From contig NZ_CP025989.1 of the NCBI RefSeq assembly GCF_003072485.1, positions 180,001 through 212,000 of the forward strand: DNA of 32,000 nucleotides, written 5' to 3'. Positions 1 to 8,458 of this stretch are shown one piece after another. Source of the stretch: Candidatus Fokinia solitaria. Lineage in GTDB: Bacteria > Pseudomonadota > Alphaproteobacteria > Rickettsiales > Midichloriaceae. The notes under the pieces were generated by a model. That model worked only from the letters and a program-made list of their open reading frames with translations. It did not search any database and was not told the DNA's origin. Every line of letters begins with the position of its first letter. Within the stretch, counting starts at the first letter, position 1. Made by a program: the position numbers and the translations under genes.

Positions 1-245
1 TAGAAAAGAGTAAAAAAGAATCTGAACGTTCTCAGAACAGAAAAGCACAAGTAGGTACCGGAGAACGTTCAGAAAAAGTAAGAACTTACAATTATCCTCA
101 AAGTAGAGTGACAGATCATAGAATCGGAGTAACGATACATAATATTTTAGATGTAATGGATGGTAATATACAGAATTTCATCGATCATCTAATATCTCTT
201 CATAATGCAGAAAAGTTAGCGAATTTTTCGGAAAAAGAGTTATGA
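1..245 (+). CDS. prfA: peptide chain release factor 1, C-terminal fragment (5' end outside window)
   Basis: Not in the ORF track. Hand translation with codons starting at nt 3 gives ..[74 protein letters not shown], with stop TGA at 243-245. RSEKxRTYNxPQxRVTDHRI is the conserved RF1 C-terminal signature. The last 6 nt overlap the convergent plsX. Confidence 0.85.
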   Translation, partial: EKSKKESERSQNRKAQVGTGERSEKVRTYNYPQSRVTDHRIGVTIHNILDVMDGNIQNFIDHLISLHNAEKLANFSEKEL

Positions 246-1295
246 TGCGTTGTCATCTTTAGCAAGTTGAAATAAGTGCTTTTTCTCCTCCATATCGCTG
301 CAAATTTTGGTATTTAACTCGTACTTAGCTAATCTATAAGCTACGCTTAGTGCATTAGTTATCCCTTCTATATCAGCACCACTATGACTCTTGACCACGA
401 TACCATTCAATCCTATTAGCATAGCGCCATTGCATCGAGATGGATTGATAGTTCTAAAGACTTTTTTCAGATGTGAACGTAATAAAAAGCTGCCTATTTT
501 ACCTAATAAGCCTGCTTCGATCACAGTCTTTTTCATGATCTTTCCGATAAATTTTGCAGTACCTTCGGCTGATTTTAGAAAAATATTACCTGAAAATCCG
601 TCTGTTACTACCACATCGACATCGCCATTAATTACTTGATGAGGTTCTATAAATCCACAATAATTGATGTTTGAATTTTTCAGCAATATATGTCCTTTTC
701 TCTCAATAGTACGTCCTTTATTATCTTCATTACCTACATTAAGCATACCTATTCTTGGAGATTTAATGCCATACTCTATTTTTGAGTAAGAGCTTCCCAT
801 AATTGCAAATTGTAATATTATCTGTTCATTAATCTCAGTATTTGCGCCAAGATCTAGTATTACAATATCGTTCTTATATGTAGGGAATGGTGCTATTATT
901 GCGGGTCTATTGATGAAATTCAGCGTATGTAGCAACATCTTTCCAGTTACCATAAGTGCACCAGTATTACCGCATGATAAAGCCGCATTGGCATTATTCT
1001 TTTGCACTTCTTCTATTGCTAATCTCATGCTTGAATTCTTCTTAGCTCTAAAAGCATGAATAGGATCATCATCATTTTTCACTGATTCACCAGAATACAC
1101 GATATTCACAATATGTTGAGATAGAAGTGGATATCGAGATAATAAAGGAGATATTTCCTCTTTAATACCGCACAGTATGAAGCGAATTTCCGAATTTTGC
1201 TTTGCATACTCGTTCATAGCACTAATCACAAAGTGTGGTGCGTTATCACCTCCCATAGCGTCTACACTAATTACTACGTGATTTCTGCTGTTCAT
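240..1295 (-). CDS. plsX: phosphate acyltransferase PlsX
   Basis: 351-aa ORF. The N-terminal [10 protein letters not shown] motif and overall length are typical of PlsX. Confidence 0.85.
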   Translation of the reverse strand: MNSRNHVVISVDAMGGDNAPHFVISAMNEYAKQNSEIRFILCGIKEEISPLLSRYPLLSQHIVNIVYSGESVKNDDDPIHAFRAKKNSSMRLAIEEVQKNNANAALSCGNTGALMVTGKMLLHTLNFINRPAIIAPFPTYKNDIVILDLGANTEINEQIILQFAIMGSSYSKIEYGIKSPRIGMLNVGNEDNKGRTIERKGHILLKNSNINYCGFIEPHQVINGDVDVVVTDGFSGNIFLKSAEGTAKFIGKIMKKTVIEAGLLGKIGSFLLRSHLKKVFRTINPSRCNGAMLIGLNGIVVKSHSGADIEGITNALSVAYRLAKYELNTKICSDMEEKKHLFQLAKDDNAS

Positions 1296-1381
1296 TATCT
1301 CATCCTATGTTTTTCTTAGTAACTAGATGATAATATGATAAAGCTGTCAGTTAGTACAAATAAAATTTCTGCGTATATCAC

Positions 1382-2449
1382 CTACTTTTTATTGGATGAA
1401 TTTGAAAGTATTGTAATGGCTTCTTTTATTGAATTCATATTTAGATCTTTTTGTTCGATTAAATATATATTGCCGTGATGTGCTTTGATATATCTTGCAT
1501 TTAGAAGCTGATGTTCGTCTGTCGAATTCGGCAATGGCACAAGTATGGCTTTTTTATTTAATGTTAAAATTTCTCCTATGGTAGAGGAACCTGCCCGTGA
1601 TATTATGATATCTGATTGTGCCATTATGCTGCAGCAATCAGCGAAAAAATGCCTAATATCGCAAGATTGAATCGCTTTATTTTTAGCGTATAGTGCTTTG
1701 ATAGTTTCGACATCATTATACTTTGATATTTGCTGATATACGCGAATATCGGTATCAATATGAAGTTTCGATATTATTTCCGCCAATGTCATTGTGAGAG
1801 TAGCTGCGCCCTGACTGCCGCCGAGCATGAATAATCGTAAGCAGTCATCGAGCTTCGAGTGCGTTGTTTCCTTATAATGTTTAAATTCTTCACGTACTAT
1901 GAATCCGAGATGTACTACTGGTACATTGGTACGCGGTAGCACGATGTCTTTGTAAGTAGTGAGCAATGTAGTATTTGGAAGGTAATTTGCAAATACTCGA
2001 TTGACTTTTCCGAGTGTTGCATTTTGTTCGCACAGCAGAATATTAAAAGTACTGAAGCGTAGTAGATTGCATAATGTGAATGCAATAATAGGCATTGCAG
2101 TAGCATATCCTCCCATCCCTATGCATACGGAGTAGTTATATTTGATAGCAATGCGCACTCCGATGTAAAGCTGCTTTATTAAGTCGAAAATAAATTTCAG
2201 CTTCGCAGAGTGATGAAGAGTAGTGACGTTGAATACAAATTTTCTATCGTATTGTTTCGCTATTTTTTTTAGCAATTCTAGTGTATTCTCTTCGATATAT
2301 GCATGACCTCTTCTGTCTACCATTAATACTACATCGCAGTGTTGTAGGGCATGTTTCGCTATTTCAAGTGCAGGAAATACATGTCCACCTGTGCCACCAG
2401 TACTTATTATAACACCTTTATGTAAGAACTTGTTTATGATGGAGAACAT
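1382..2449 (-). CDS. murG: UDP-N-acetylglucosamine--lipid I N-acetylglucosamine transferase MurG
   Basis: 355-aa ORF with GGTGGHVFPAL near the N-terminus, plus GGSQGA, ISRAGSSTIGE and EHQLLNA motifs characteristic of MurG. Confidence 0.85.
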   Translation of the reverse strand: MFSIINKFLHKGVIISTGGTGGHVFPALEIAKHALQHCDVVLMVDRRGHAYIEENTLELLKKIAKQYDRKFVFNVTTLHHSAKLKFIFDLIKQLYIGVRIAIKYNYSVCIGMGGYATAMPIIAFTLCNLLRFSTFNILLCEQNATLGKVNRVFANYLPNTTLLTTYKDIVLPRTNVPVVHLGFIVREEFKHYKETTHSKLDDCLRLFMLGGSQGAATLTMTLAEIISKLHIDTDIRVYQQISKYNDVETIKALYAKNKAIQSCDIRHFFADCCSIMAQSDIIISRAGSSTIGEILTLNKKAILVPLPNSTDEHQLLNARYIKAHHGNIYLIEQKDLNMNSIKEAITILSNSSNKK

Positions 2450-2489
2450 GATGAAGGAAGTACACTCGACTCTACAGCTTAAAAAATAC

Positions 2490-2517
2490 TTGATTAAATC
2501 ACAAATCTCAATATAAC
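2490..2517 (+). promoter_or_regulatory. candidate sigma70-type promoter for rpsM-rpsK-rpoA (TTGATT-N16-TATAAC)
   Basis: TTGATT at 2490-2495, a 16-nt spacer, and TATAAC at 2512-2517, about 35 nt upstream of the rpsM GTG start in the divergent murG/rpsM intergenic region. This is a motif match only, in AT-rich DNA. Confidence 0.3.
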
Positions 2518-2552
2518 AGTATGTACAGTTTGTTGTATTATCTTAGTTTGAT

Positions 2553-2927
2553 GTGTCTCGTATAGTAGGTGTTGATATTCCGTCCGGTAAGAAACTCTTT
2601 ATCGCTTTGACTTACATATACGGTATAGGTTTGTACAGAGCACGTGAAATATGTAAAGCCGCTGGAATAGATGGAGAAATGAGAGTCAGTAGCATGACAG
2701 AAGATCAGTTGGCTAAGATCGGAAAGTACGTCTCTGAGTATGAAGTAGAAGGTATGCTAAAAGCACGCGTTGGTACTTCCATCAAGAGATTGATAGAGAT
2801 CAATTGCTATAGAGGACTACGTCATCTTAGAAAGCTACCGTTAAGAGGGCAGCGTACTCGCACTAATGCGAGAACGAAGAAGGGCAAGAGAGTACCTATT
2901 GCAGGAAAGAAAATGGCTACAAAATAG
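2553..2927 (+). CDS. rpsM: 30S ribosomal protein S13
   Basis: 124-aa ORF with a GTG start. (M)SRIVGVDIP..LTYIYGIGLYRAREIC and a basic C-terminal tail match S13. Confidence 0.95.
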   Translation: MSRIVGVDIPSGKKLFIALTYIYGIGLYRAREICKAAGIDGEMRVSSMTEDQLAKIGKYVSEYEVEGMLKARVGTSIKRLIEINCYRGLRHLRKLPLRGQRTRTNARTKKGKRVPIAGKKMATK

Positions 2928-2963
2928 AGTATTTATTATAATTATTGTTAATCAATTTATCCT

Positions 2964-3323
2964 ATGGCGAAAAAAGTTGTGTACTCCGGTATTGTTCACG
3001 TAGTGGCGTCATTCAATAATACTTATGTCTGCGTGACTGATCTGAATGGCTGCGTGATAGCGTGGTCGTCATCCGGCGCTAACAATTTTAAAGGTTCAAA
3101 GAAATCTACTCCGTATGCCGCACAGATAGCTGCACGAAGTGCGATAACGAAGGCTTACGATCAGTACGGATTGAGAGCTGCAACGGTGAAGATCTCCGGT
3201 CCTGGTGCGGGACGTGAATCAGCAGTGAGAGCTGTGGCTGAAAAGGTGATTGTGACGGCAATAGAAGATAGAACGCCTGTGCCACACAATGGTACACAAC
3301 CACCTAAAAGAAGACGTATTTAA
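2964..3323 (+). CDS. rpsK: 30S ribosomal protein S11
   Basis: 119-aa ORF. GIVHVVASFNNTYVCVTDLNG, KGSKKSTPYAAQ and the C-terminal PHNGTQPPKRRRI are typical of S11. Confidence 0.95.
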   Translation: MAKKVVYSGIVHVVASFNNTYVCVTDLNGCVIAWSSSGANNFKGSKKSTPYAAQIAARSAITKAYDQYGLRAATVKISGPGAGRESAVRAVAEKVIVTAIEDRTPVPHNGTQPPKRRRI

Positions 3324-3366
3324 CGGCTAGATGTCTGTTTTGGTTAATTTTTTCATTTAAGTAGTC

Positions 3367-4416
3367 ATGCAAGAAATAAGCAAGTCGCTTACGCGTAATT
3401 GGAAAAGTTTCCCTGATGCAGTATGTACTTGTACATATATGCACCAGGGAACTTCTATATTTCAGATTTCTCCACTCAGAAAGGGCTTTGGCATTACTAT
3501 CGGAAATGCATTAAGACGTGTTTTGATGTCTTCTATATGGGGTAGTGCTATGATTTGCCTCAGAATAGAAGGATTGGAACATGAATTCTCTCAAATACAT
3601 GGAATGAGAGAAGATACCGTGGATTTCATACATAATTTGAGGCAACTCAGCTTTATTGTAAAAGATGGAGGTACACATAAATGCAGCTTGAAAATATCTA
3701 GAGGAGGAGATGTGACTGCGCGTGATGTATCAACTCCTGATGATGTTGTCATAGTTAATCAAGATGCGCATCTGTGTACACTTGCGCCGACGTTTAATGG
3801 CGTATTGGAAGTGGATTTCGTAATAAAAGGCGGTTATGGCTACTCTACATCTGATGAAAATAGAGCATTGCATCCAGACCTTTTTCAAGATACTCCGATA
3901 TATTGCGATTCTTCTTTTTCTCCGGTACGTAATTGTTTCTTTGAGATAGAAGAGGAGATTTTGCATGATACTCTGAAAATTACCTTAGAGACAAACCTTA
4001 GTATTGCTGCGGATATTGCTCTTGGAGTAGCTGCTCGTATACTACAACATAATTTTGCGCCAATTATCAATTTTGAGGAATCTAAGAGTGAAGAAAGCGT
4101 TTCTAAAACAACTGCGACACAGACATTTGATAAGAAGCTTTTTACTCTTGTGAGTAACTTGCAATTATCTGTAAGATCTCATAATTGTCTATCTCATGCG
4201 AATATCAAGTATATTGGAGATCTCGTGATAAGAAGAGAAGCAGATTTATTAAAGATGACTAATTTTGGTAAAAAATCTCTATCTGAAATAAAAGGTGTAC
4301 TACGTCATCTCGGCTTAGATCTTTGTATGACAATAAGTGGTTGGCCTCCAGAAAATGTGGATGCTATCGCTAAAAGTGCTTCAAGTGACAATAATATAGA
4401 TTTGTCTATACTATAG
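3367..4416 (+). CDS. rpoA: DNA-directed RNA polymerase subunit alpha
   Basis: 349-aa ORF. GNALRRVLMSSI lies in the N-terminal domain. LSVRSHNCLSHANIKYIGDLV..KMTNFGKKSLSEIK matches the helix-hairpin-helix of the alpha C-terminal domain. The stop TAG at 4414-4416 lies inside the first unit of the downstream repeat array. Confidence 0.93.
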   Translation: MQEISKSLTRNWKSFPDAVCTCTYMHQGTSIFQISPLRKGFGITIGNALRRVLMSSIWGSAMICLRIEGLEHEFSQIHGMREDTVDFIHNLRQLSFIVKDGGTHKCSLKISRGGDVTARDVSTPDDVVIVNQDAHLCTLAPTFNGVLEVDFVIKGGYGYSTSDENRALHPDLFQDTPIYCDSSFSPVRNCFFEIEEEILHDTLKITLETNLSIAADIALGVAARILQHNFAPIINFEESKSEESVSKTTATQTFDKKLFTLVSNLQLSVRSHNCLSHANIKYIGDLVIRREADLLKMTNFGKKSLSEIKGVLRHLGLDLCMTISGWPPENVDAIAKSASSDNNIDLSIL

Positions 4417-5031
4417 GGAAGGTCTTTTGCTTATTGTGGTAGATGCAGTTCTATTTCCGTGGCGAAAGCGCGGCGTGTGTGTAGATTTGTACTTTTCGAT
4501 AAATTAATGCGTGATTGATGCGTATTTACTCATGCTATAAGAGATGTCTTCTGCAAGCTAATTGCGTTGCTGTATAAATGTAGTGCTATTTCCATAGCGA
4601 AAGCGCAGCGTGTGTGTAGATTGACTTTTCGATAAATTAATGCGCGATTGACGCGTATTTACTCATACTATAGAGAAGGTCCTCTGCAAGCTAATTGCGT
4701 TGCTATGATAGATGTAGCTCTATCTCCGTAGCGAAAGCGCAGCATTGACTTTTCGATAAATTAATACGCGATTGACGCGTATTTACTCATACTATAGAGA
4801 AGGTCCTCTGCAAGCTAATTGCGTTGCTATGATAGATGTAGCTCTATCTCCGTAGCGAAAGCGCAGCATTGACTTTTCGATAAATTAATGCGTGATTGAT
4901 GCGTATTTACTCATACTATAAGAGATGTCTTCTGCAAGTTAATTGCGTTGCTATGATAGATGTAGTGCTATCTCCGTGGCGAAAGCGCAGCGTGTGTGTA
5001 GATTGACTTTTCGATAAATTAATACGCGATT
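4411..5031. repeat. tandem repeat array, about 4.9 units of 124/133 bp, each complete unit containing an 8-bp-stem hairpin
   Basis: Direct reading places unit starts (CTATA[G/A]..) at 4411, 4535, 4668, 4792 and 4916. Unit lengths are 124, 133, 124, 124 and 116 (truncated). Units 3 and 4 are nearly identical. Units 2 and 5 share a GTGTGTGTAG insertion. The hairpin is AAT[A/G]CG[C/T]G-ATTGA-[C/T]GCGTATT, for example at 4763-4783. Confidence 0.95.
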
Positions 5032-5747
5032 CTAAGAAGAAGATGTTGCAGAAATGTATCGCACAGCGGCTTTGTATATTTTTATCTCTCAAAAAGTGCG
5101 ATGTTATTTATCACGCGCGATTTTCACTTGATAAAAAGCACTGCATCGTCTTTTCTCATTTGAAATTATGTCATCCTTGAGATTATATACCTACCTTAGA
5201 CTATGCTTCATATCTTTTTTTAGAATATGTTCTATTACTTAAGATTCTTTCGATGAAAATAGTCTTCTCATTGTATTTGTTAGATGCTAATTAAGAGGAT
5301 TATGCTGTAATCTGCATAGTTGCTAATATTTGCTCTATAGTACCGTTATAGCATCATAAAGTAGTTTTGGATAAACAGCATTATGTTAGTAAAAATATTC
5401 ATTTTTTATGTATAAAAGAGAACGCACCGCTTCTAAAGAAAGTATGTTATATGCAGATCTGTAGAAGAGAAAAATTCAAGATTTTTAGAGTTGGAAACTT
5501 TAATGAATGTCTCGCGATTCAAATCACAGTGATTTCTATGTCGAATGAAGAAGCGCATATTGTCGCTATTATTGAGTAGATTACTTTCCTTCGTTGAAAA
5601 ATAAGACAGTATCATGAGTAAATGCGAATTACTTAAGAATTTTTCAACGTCTATAATGCTTCTTCATATGATGCTTTGTCGTACTTTATATAGACAAAAG
5701 TACTAAGCGCACAATTATAGAATATGCTTTATATATAGTTGTAGTAA

Positions 5748-7325
5748 TTAGCTTTTCCTAAATTCTTCTTGAATTTGAAATGTTTTCAATATAGACGTAA
5801 TATCAGTGTAATTATTTTTTGCCGCGACAGACATAGCTGTTTCTCCAGCTTTATTAGCTATTTTCAGCTGTTCTCCACCATATTCAAGTAGTAACGACAC
5901 CATTTTAATATCTCCGTTCTTTACTGCTAATATTAAAAGAGTATTTCCATTTTCATCCGTAATTGTTGGCTTTATGCCACTTTTGATTATGTACCTAACG
6001 CTACTCAGCAGTCCCATTCTTGTAGCATCGATTAAAGCTTTTTCCTTGTTTGTATACATACTAAATACTTGTATACAAAAACTTGTATCGCTTCCTCTCA
6101 GATATGAGAGTGGCGTTTTACCATCTTTATCTTTAATCAGAACATCAGCATTATAGTACAATAGCAAAGACGTACATTCTAAATTTTTAGATTTTATAGC
6201 GATATGTAACGGTGTTTCTTTATAAGAATTTTGTAAATTTATATCAGCACCTTTTAATACAAGATATTTAGCTGCTTCTACTTTATTATTCTTTACCGCG
6301 TACAACAATACGCTATCTCCGCCAGTAAGTTGCGCGTTTACATTACCTCCTTTCTGCAAAAGCGCTGCTATCGCAAAGCAGTCATTCTGAGAAACAGCAT
6401 GAAACAACATCGTTGAGTATTCTATGCTATAAAATGGACTGACGCGTTGCTCACCAGAAGGTGATACATCATTACTATAGTATTTTCTCGAACTTATATT
6501 CTCTAACATTTTTACTTCTTGGCTTGAGACTACGAAATCTGGTAGCGGTTTTGAGTGATTTTTATTCTTAAATCCTACTTTAGGTTTTTCTTTTCCATGA
6601 GGTTTCTCTTCTCTATTTGATGTGATATTTCTATCTTCATGCTTAGTAGTATGTTGATGATTCTGTTCTGATTTTGTCATAGAATCAGTTCTATTGACAT
6701 GTACTGAATTACTTAGCTTTGATTCTTTGCTATTTTTCGCGCTTATTTGCGCATCTGAATTTACGCTTGTGTGATCATCTGTTATTTTTGGCTGCTCTTT
6801 TAGATCAGCTTCGATATTGGATGAGTGAGGAACTGCGATAGTAGTTTTCTGTGTGGAAATAATAGTATCGCTTTTTTCGGTAATATTTTGCTTGTGACTT
6901 TCTGTCTCTTTTATTTTGGAATCTTTAGCTTCAATTGCGTTGTTATTATTGTCTTTATGAGATTCATCTATTTTTGTCGAATCTTTTGCAATACTATGAT
7001 CTATTTTTAGTTTTTTTTGCATTTTTTCGTCAATCTGCGTGTCTCTTTTAGAGTCTTTTGCACTGGAACGATCATGAACGTTTGATGCGCCAACTTGCTC
7101 CTCGTGGCCAAACTTTTCTCTCATGGATTCTATATTCATGTGCACCTTCTTATGTTTCCGCTTTTCTGAGAAATGTTTTCTTTCTAGATATCTTTTATAC
7201 TCGCTTTTGCTTTTTGTTGCATTCTTATGAATTTTCTTTATTTCTTGAGGTGGTACATCTTCAGCACAAGCAAATACTGTGAAAAATAAGAAACACAGTT
7301 GTAATAATAGACATCTTTTCCACAC
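5748..7325 (-). CDS. ankyrin-repeat protein with a predicted N-terminal signal peptide and a charged low-complexity central region
   Basis: 525-aa ORF. The N-terminus MWKRCLLLQLCFLFFTVFACA/EDV looks like a Sec signal. Residues about 30-300 are K/E/S/H/N-rich. The C-terminal ~215 aa contain about 5 ANK-like repeats (..GDSVLLYAVKNNKVEAAKYLVLKGADINLQN..ETPLHIAIKSKNLECTSLLLYYNADV..GNTLLILAVKNGDIKMVSLLLEYGG..). Confidence 0.8.
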   Translation of the reverse strand: MWKRCLLLQLCFLFFTVFACAEDVPPQEIKKIHKNATKSKSEYKRYLERKHFSEKRKHKKVHMNIESMREKFGHEEQVGASNVHDRSSAKDSKRDTQIDEKMQKKLKIDHSIAKDSTKIDESHKDNNNNAIEAKDSKIKETESHKQNITEKSDTIISTQKTTIAVPHSSNIEADLKEQPKITDDHTSVNSDAQISAKNSKESKLSNSVHVNRTDSMTKSEQNHQHTTKHEDRNITSNREEKPHGKEKPKVGFKNKNHSKPLPDFVVSSQEVKMLENISSRKYYSNDVSPSGEQRVSPFYSIEYSTMLFHAVSQNDCFAIAALLQKGGNVNAQLTGGDSVLLYAVKNNKVEAAKYLVLKGADINLQNSYKETPLHIAIKSKNLECTSLLLYYNADVLIKDKDGKTPLSYLRGSDTSFCIQVFSMYTNKEKALIDATRMGLLSSVRYIIKSGIKPTITDENGNTLLILAVKNGDIKMVSLLLEYGGEQLKIANKAGETAMSVAAKNNYTDITSILKTFQIQEEFRKS

Positions 7326-7416
7326 TACCTTTTTTGTATCTGTTTAATGAATACTGAAACTATTATGAAGTGTTTTGATGTAAAATCAATTATATGTGTG
7401 CTTATAGGTAGAGAAA

Positions 7417-7683
7417 CTAATAATTGCTATCTGAAGTCTTATACAATTCCAGCAATATTAAGCATTCTCCGTTATCCATTTTTATTGCGCCGCTGGTGAC
7501 ATCAAATGCAATAACATCACTTGTATCAGTGCGTGCAACGGTAAGGTTCGTATTTACTAGGGGTGCTATGAAATTTTCATGATTATCCATTATTTCCATT
7601 GCACCGTTCAAACTTGCAAAACTTACTTTAGATGCGGTGCATTCTGCTATTTTACCATGCGGAGAAGAGATATATATTCTCAT
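7417..7683 (-). CDS. atpC: F0F1 ATP synthase epsilon subunit, short form (beta-sandwich domain only)
   Basis: 88-aa ORF. By eye, IYISSPHGKI..VSFASLNGAMEIMDNHENFIAPL..FDVTSGAIKMDNGECLILLE aligns to E. coli epsilon ([48 protein letters not shown]). No C-terminal helical hairpin is encoded. Confidence 0.6.
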   Translation of the reverse strand: MRIYISSPHGKIAECTASKVSFASLNGAMEIMDNHENFIAPLVNTNLTVARTDTSDVIAFDVTSGAIKMDNGECLILLELYKTSDSNY

Positions 7684-7734
7684 GTCGATACATGCCTACG
7701 TACTCAGTTCATAATGTAAGCTTATAGCAGAGTA

Positions 7735-8400
7735 CTATAATAATCCACATTGTTTTATATAACTCATAACTTCGTCATATTTGATAATGCCTTCTCTTAT
7801 TAGTATAGGATTTTTATCGTTCGTAATGTCCAATATTGTGGATGGTATACCATGCACAACCAATTCTTCATCAAGAGTGTGATAGTGCACATTCATATTA
7901 TCACCGATATGGTGATGCAGCGTTATTTGTTTTTTTAAGTCTTTTAATGAAGTTGCTGGTGTAGCACCAGAGAGATTTGCGCTTGTGCCTACGATAAGCA
8001 TATTCTCCTTCATACTTTTTAAAGCACGACTGCTATTTGGTATTCTAACTGCCACTTTTTCCTCTGAACTTATAATGGAAGTATGAATGTAATCAATAGC
8101 CGCAGGATTAGTTTGTCTTCTTGGAAGAAGAAGTGTGAGTTTACCTGGCCAGTACCGATGGATTAATCTTTCAGCAAGAGTGCTTATTTCAAAGTGTTTA
8201 GCAGCTACTTCTACTGATGGTGCGAAAATTGGCACACTTTTATCATGCAGTCGTTTTTTTAGATAGAACAGTTTTATGACTGCATTTATATTTGTCGCAT
8301 CGCATGTTAGTCCCCATGTTGTATCTGTTGGAAGGCAACATATTTCACCATCCTGTAAATGCAGATGCAAGTCTTCACATGCGCTGAATGAAACTTTCAC
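7735..8400 (-). CDS. tsaC: L-threonylcarbamoyladenylate synthase (YrdC/TsaC family)
   Basis: 221-aa ORF. LPTDTTWGL, FYLKKRLHDKSVPIF, YWPGKLTLLLP and VAVRIPNS..GTSANLSGATPATS match YrdC/Sua5-domain motifs. Confidence 0.8.
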   Translation of the reverse strand: MKVSFSACEDLHLHLQDGEICCLPTDTTWGLTCDATNINAVIKLFYLKKRLHDKSVPIFAPSVEVAAKHFEISTLAERLIHRYWPGKLTLLLPRRQTNPAAIDYIHTSIISSEEKVAVRIPNSSRALKSMKENMLIVGTSANLSGATPATSLKDLKKQITLHHHIGDNMNVHYHTLDEELVVHGIPSTILDITNDKNPILIREGIIKYDEVMSYIKQCGLL

Positions 8401-8458
8401 AGTAAGAAAAAATATGAAGACTCTCGCATCATAGCGCTATATGTGAAAATTTACGATT

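Noticed and set aside
4745-4798. Sigma70-like motifs recurring in every repeat unit (TTGACT; TTGACG-N15-TATAGA or TATAAG at unit junctions).
   Set aside because: The spacer is only 15 nt and the -10 hexamer is weak. There is no + strand gene downstream for several kb. Such hexamers are easy to find in AT-rich DNA. I cannot support a promoter call without transcript mapping.
4411-5031. Could the periodic array after rpoA be a CRISPR array?
   Set aside because: The units are contiguous, near-identical 124/133-bp copies with no unique spacers. The period is far too long, and no cas genes or leader are present. It is a plain tandem repeat.
5367-5615. Small ORFs in the large gap (70 aa on + from a TTG start; 60 aa on -).
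   Set aside because: They overlap each other and have low-complexity, AT-driven composition (K/N/I/F rich). I recognise no motif and no plausible start context. They are likely chance ORFs.
5674-5703. Two alternative 7-bp hairpins (GTACTTT..AAAGTAC at 5681-5703; CTTTGTC..GACAAAG at 5674-5699), about 45 nt past the ankyrin gene stop, as a possible terminator.
   Set aside because: No U-tract is present on either strand, the stems are short and AT-rich, and the two structures are mutually exclusive. There is not enough evidence to call an intrinsic terminator.
5032-5747. A by-eye search for rplQ remnants, tmRNA, RNase P RNA (GAGGAAAGTCC) and SRP RNA (GGAAGCAGCC-type) signatures in the gap.
   Set aside because: None was recognisable. 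A by-eye negative is weak, so this needs an Infernal/TBLASTN search (see findings).
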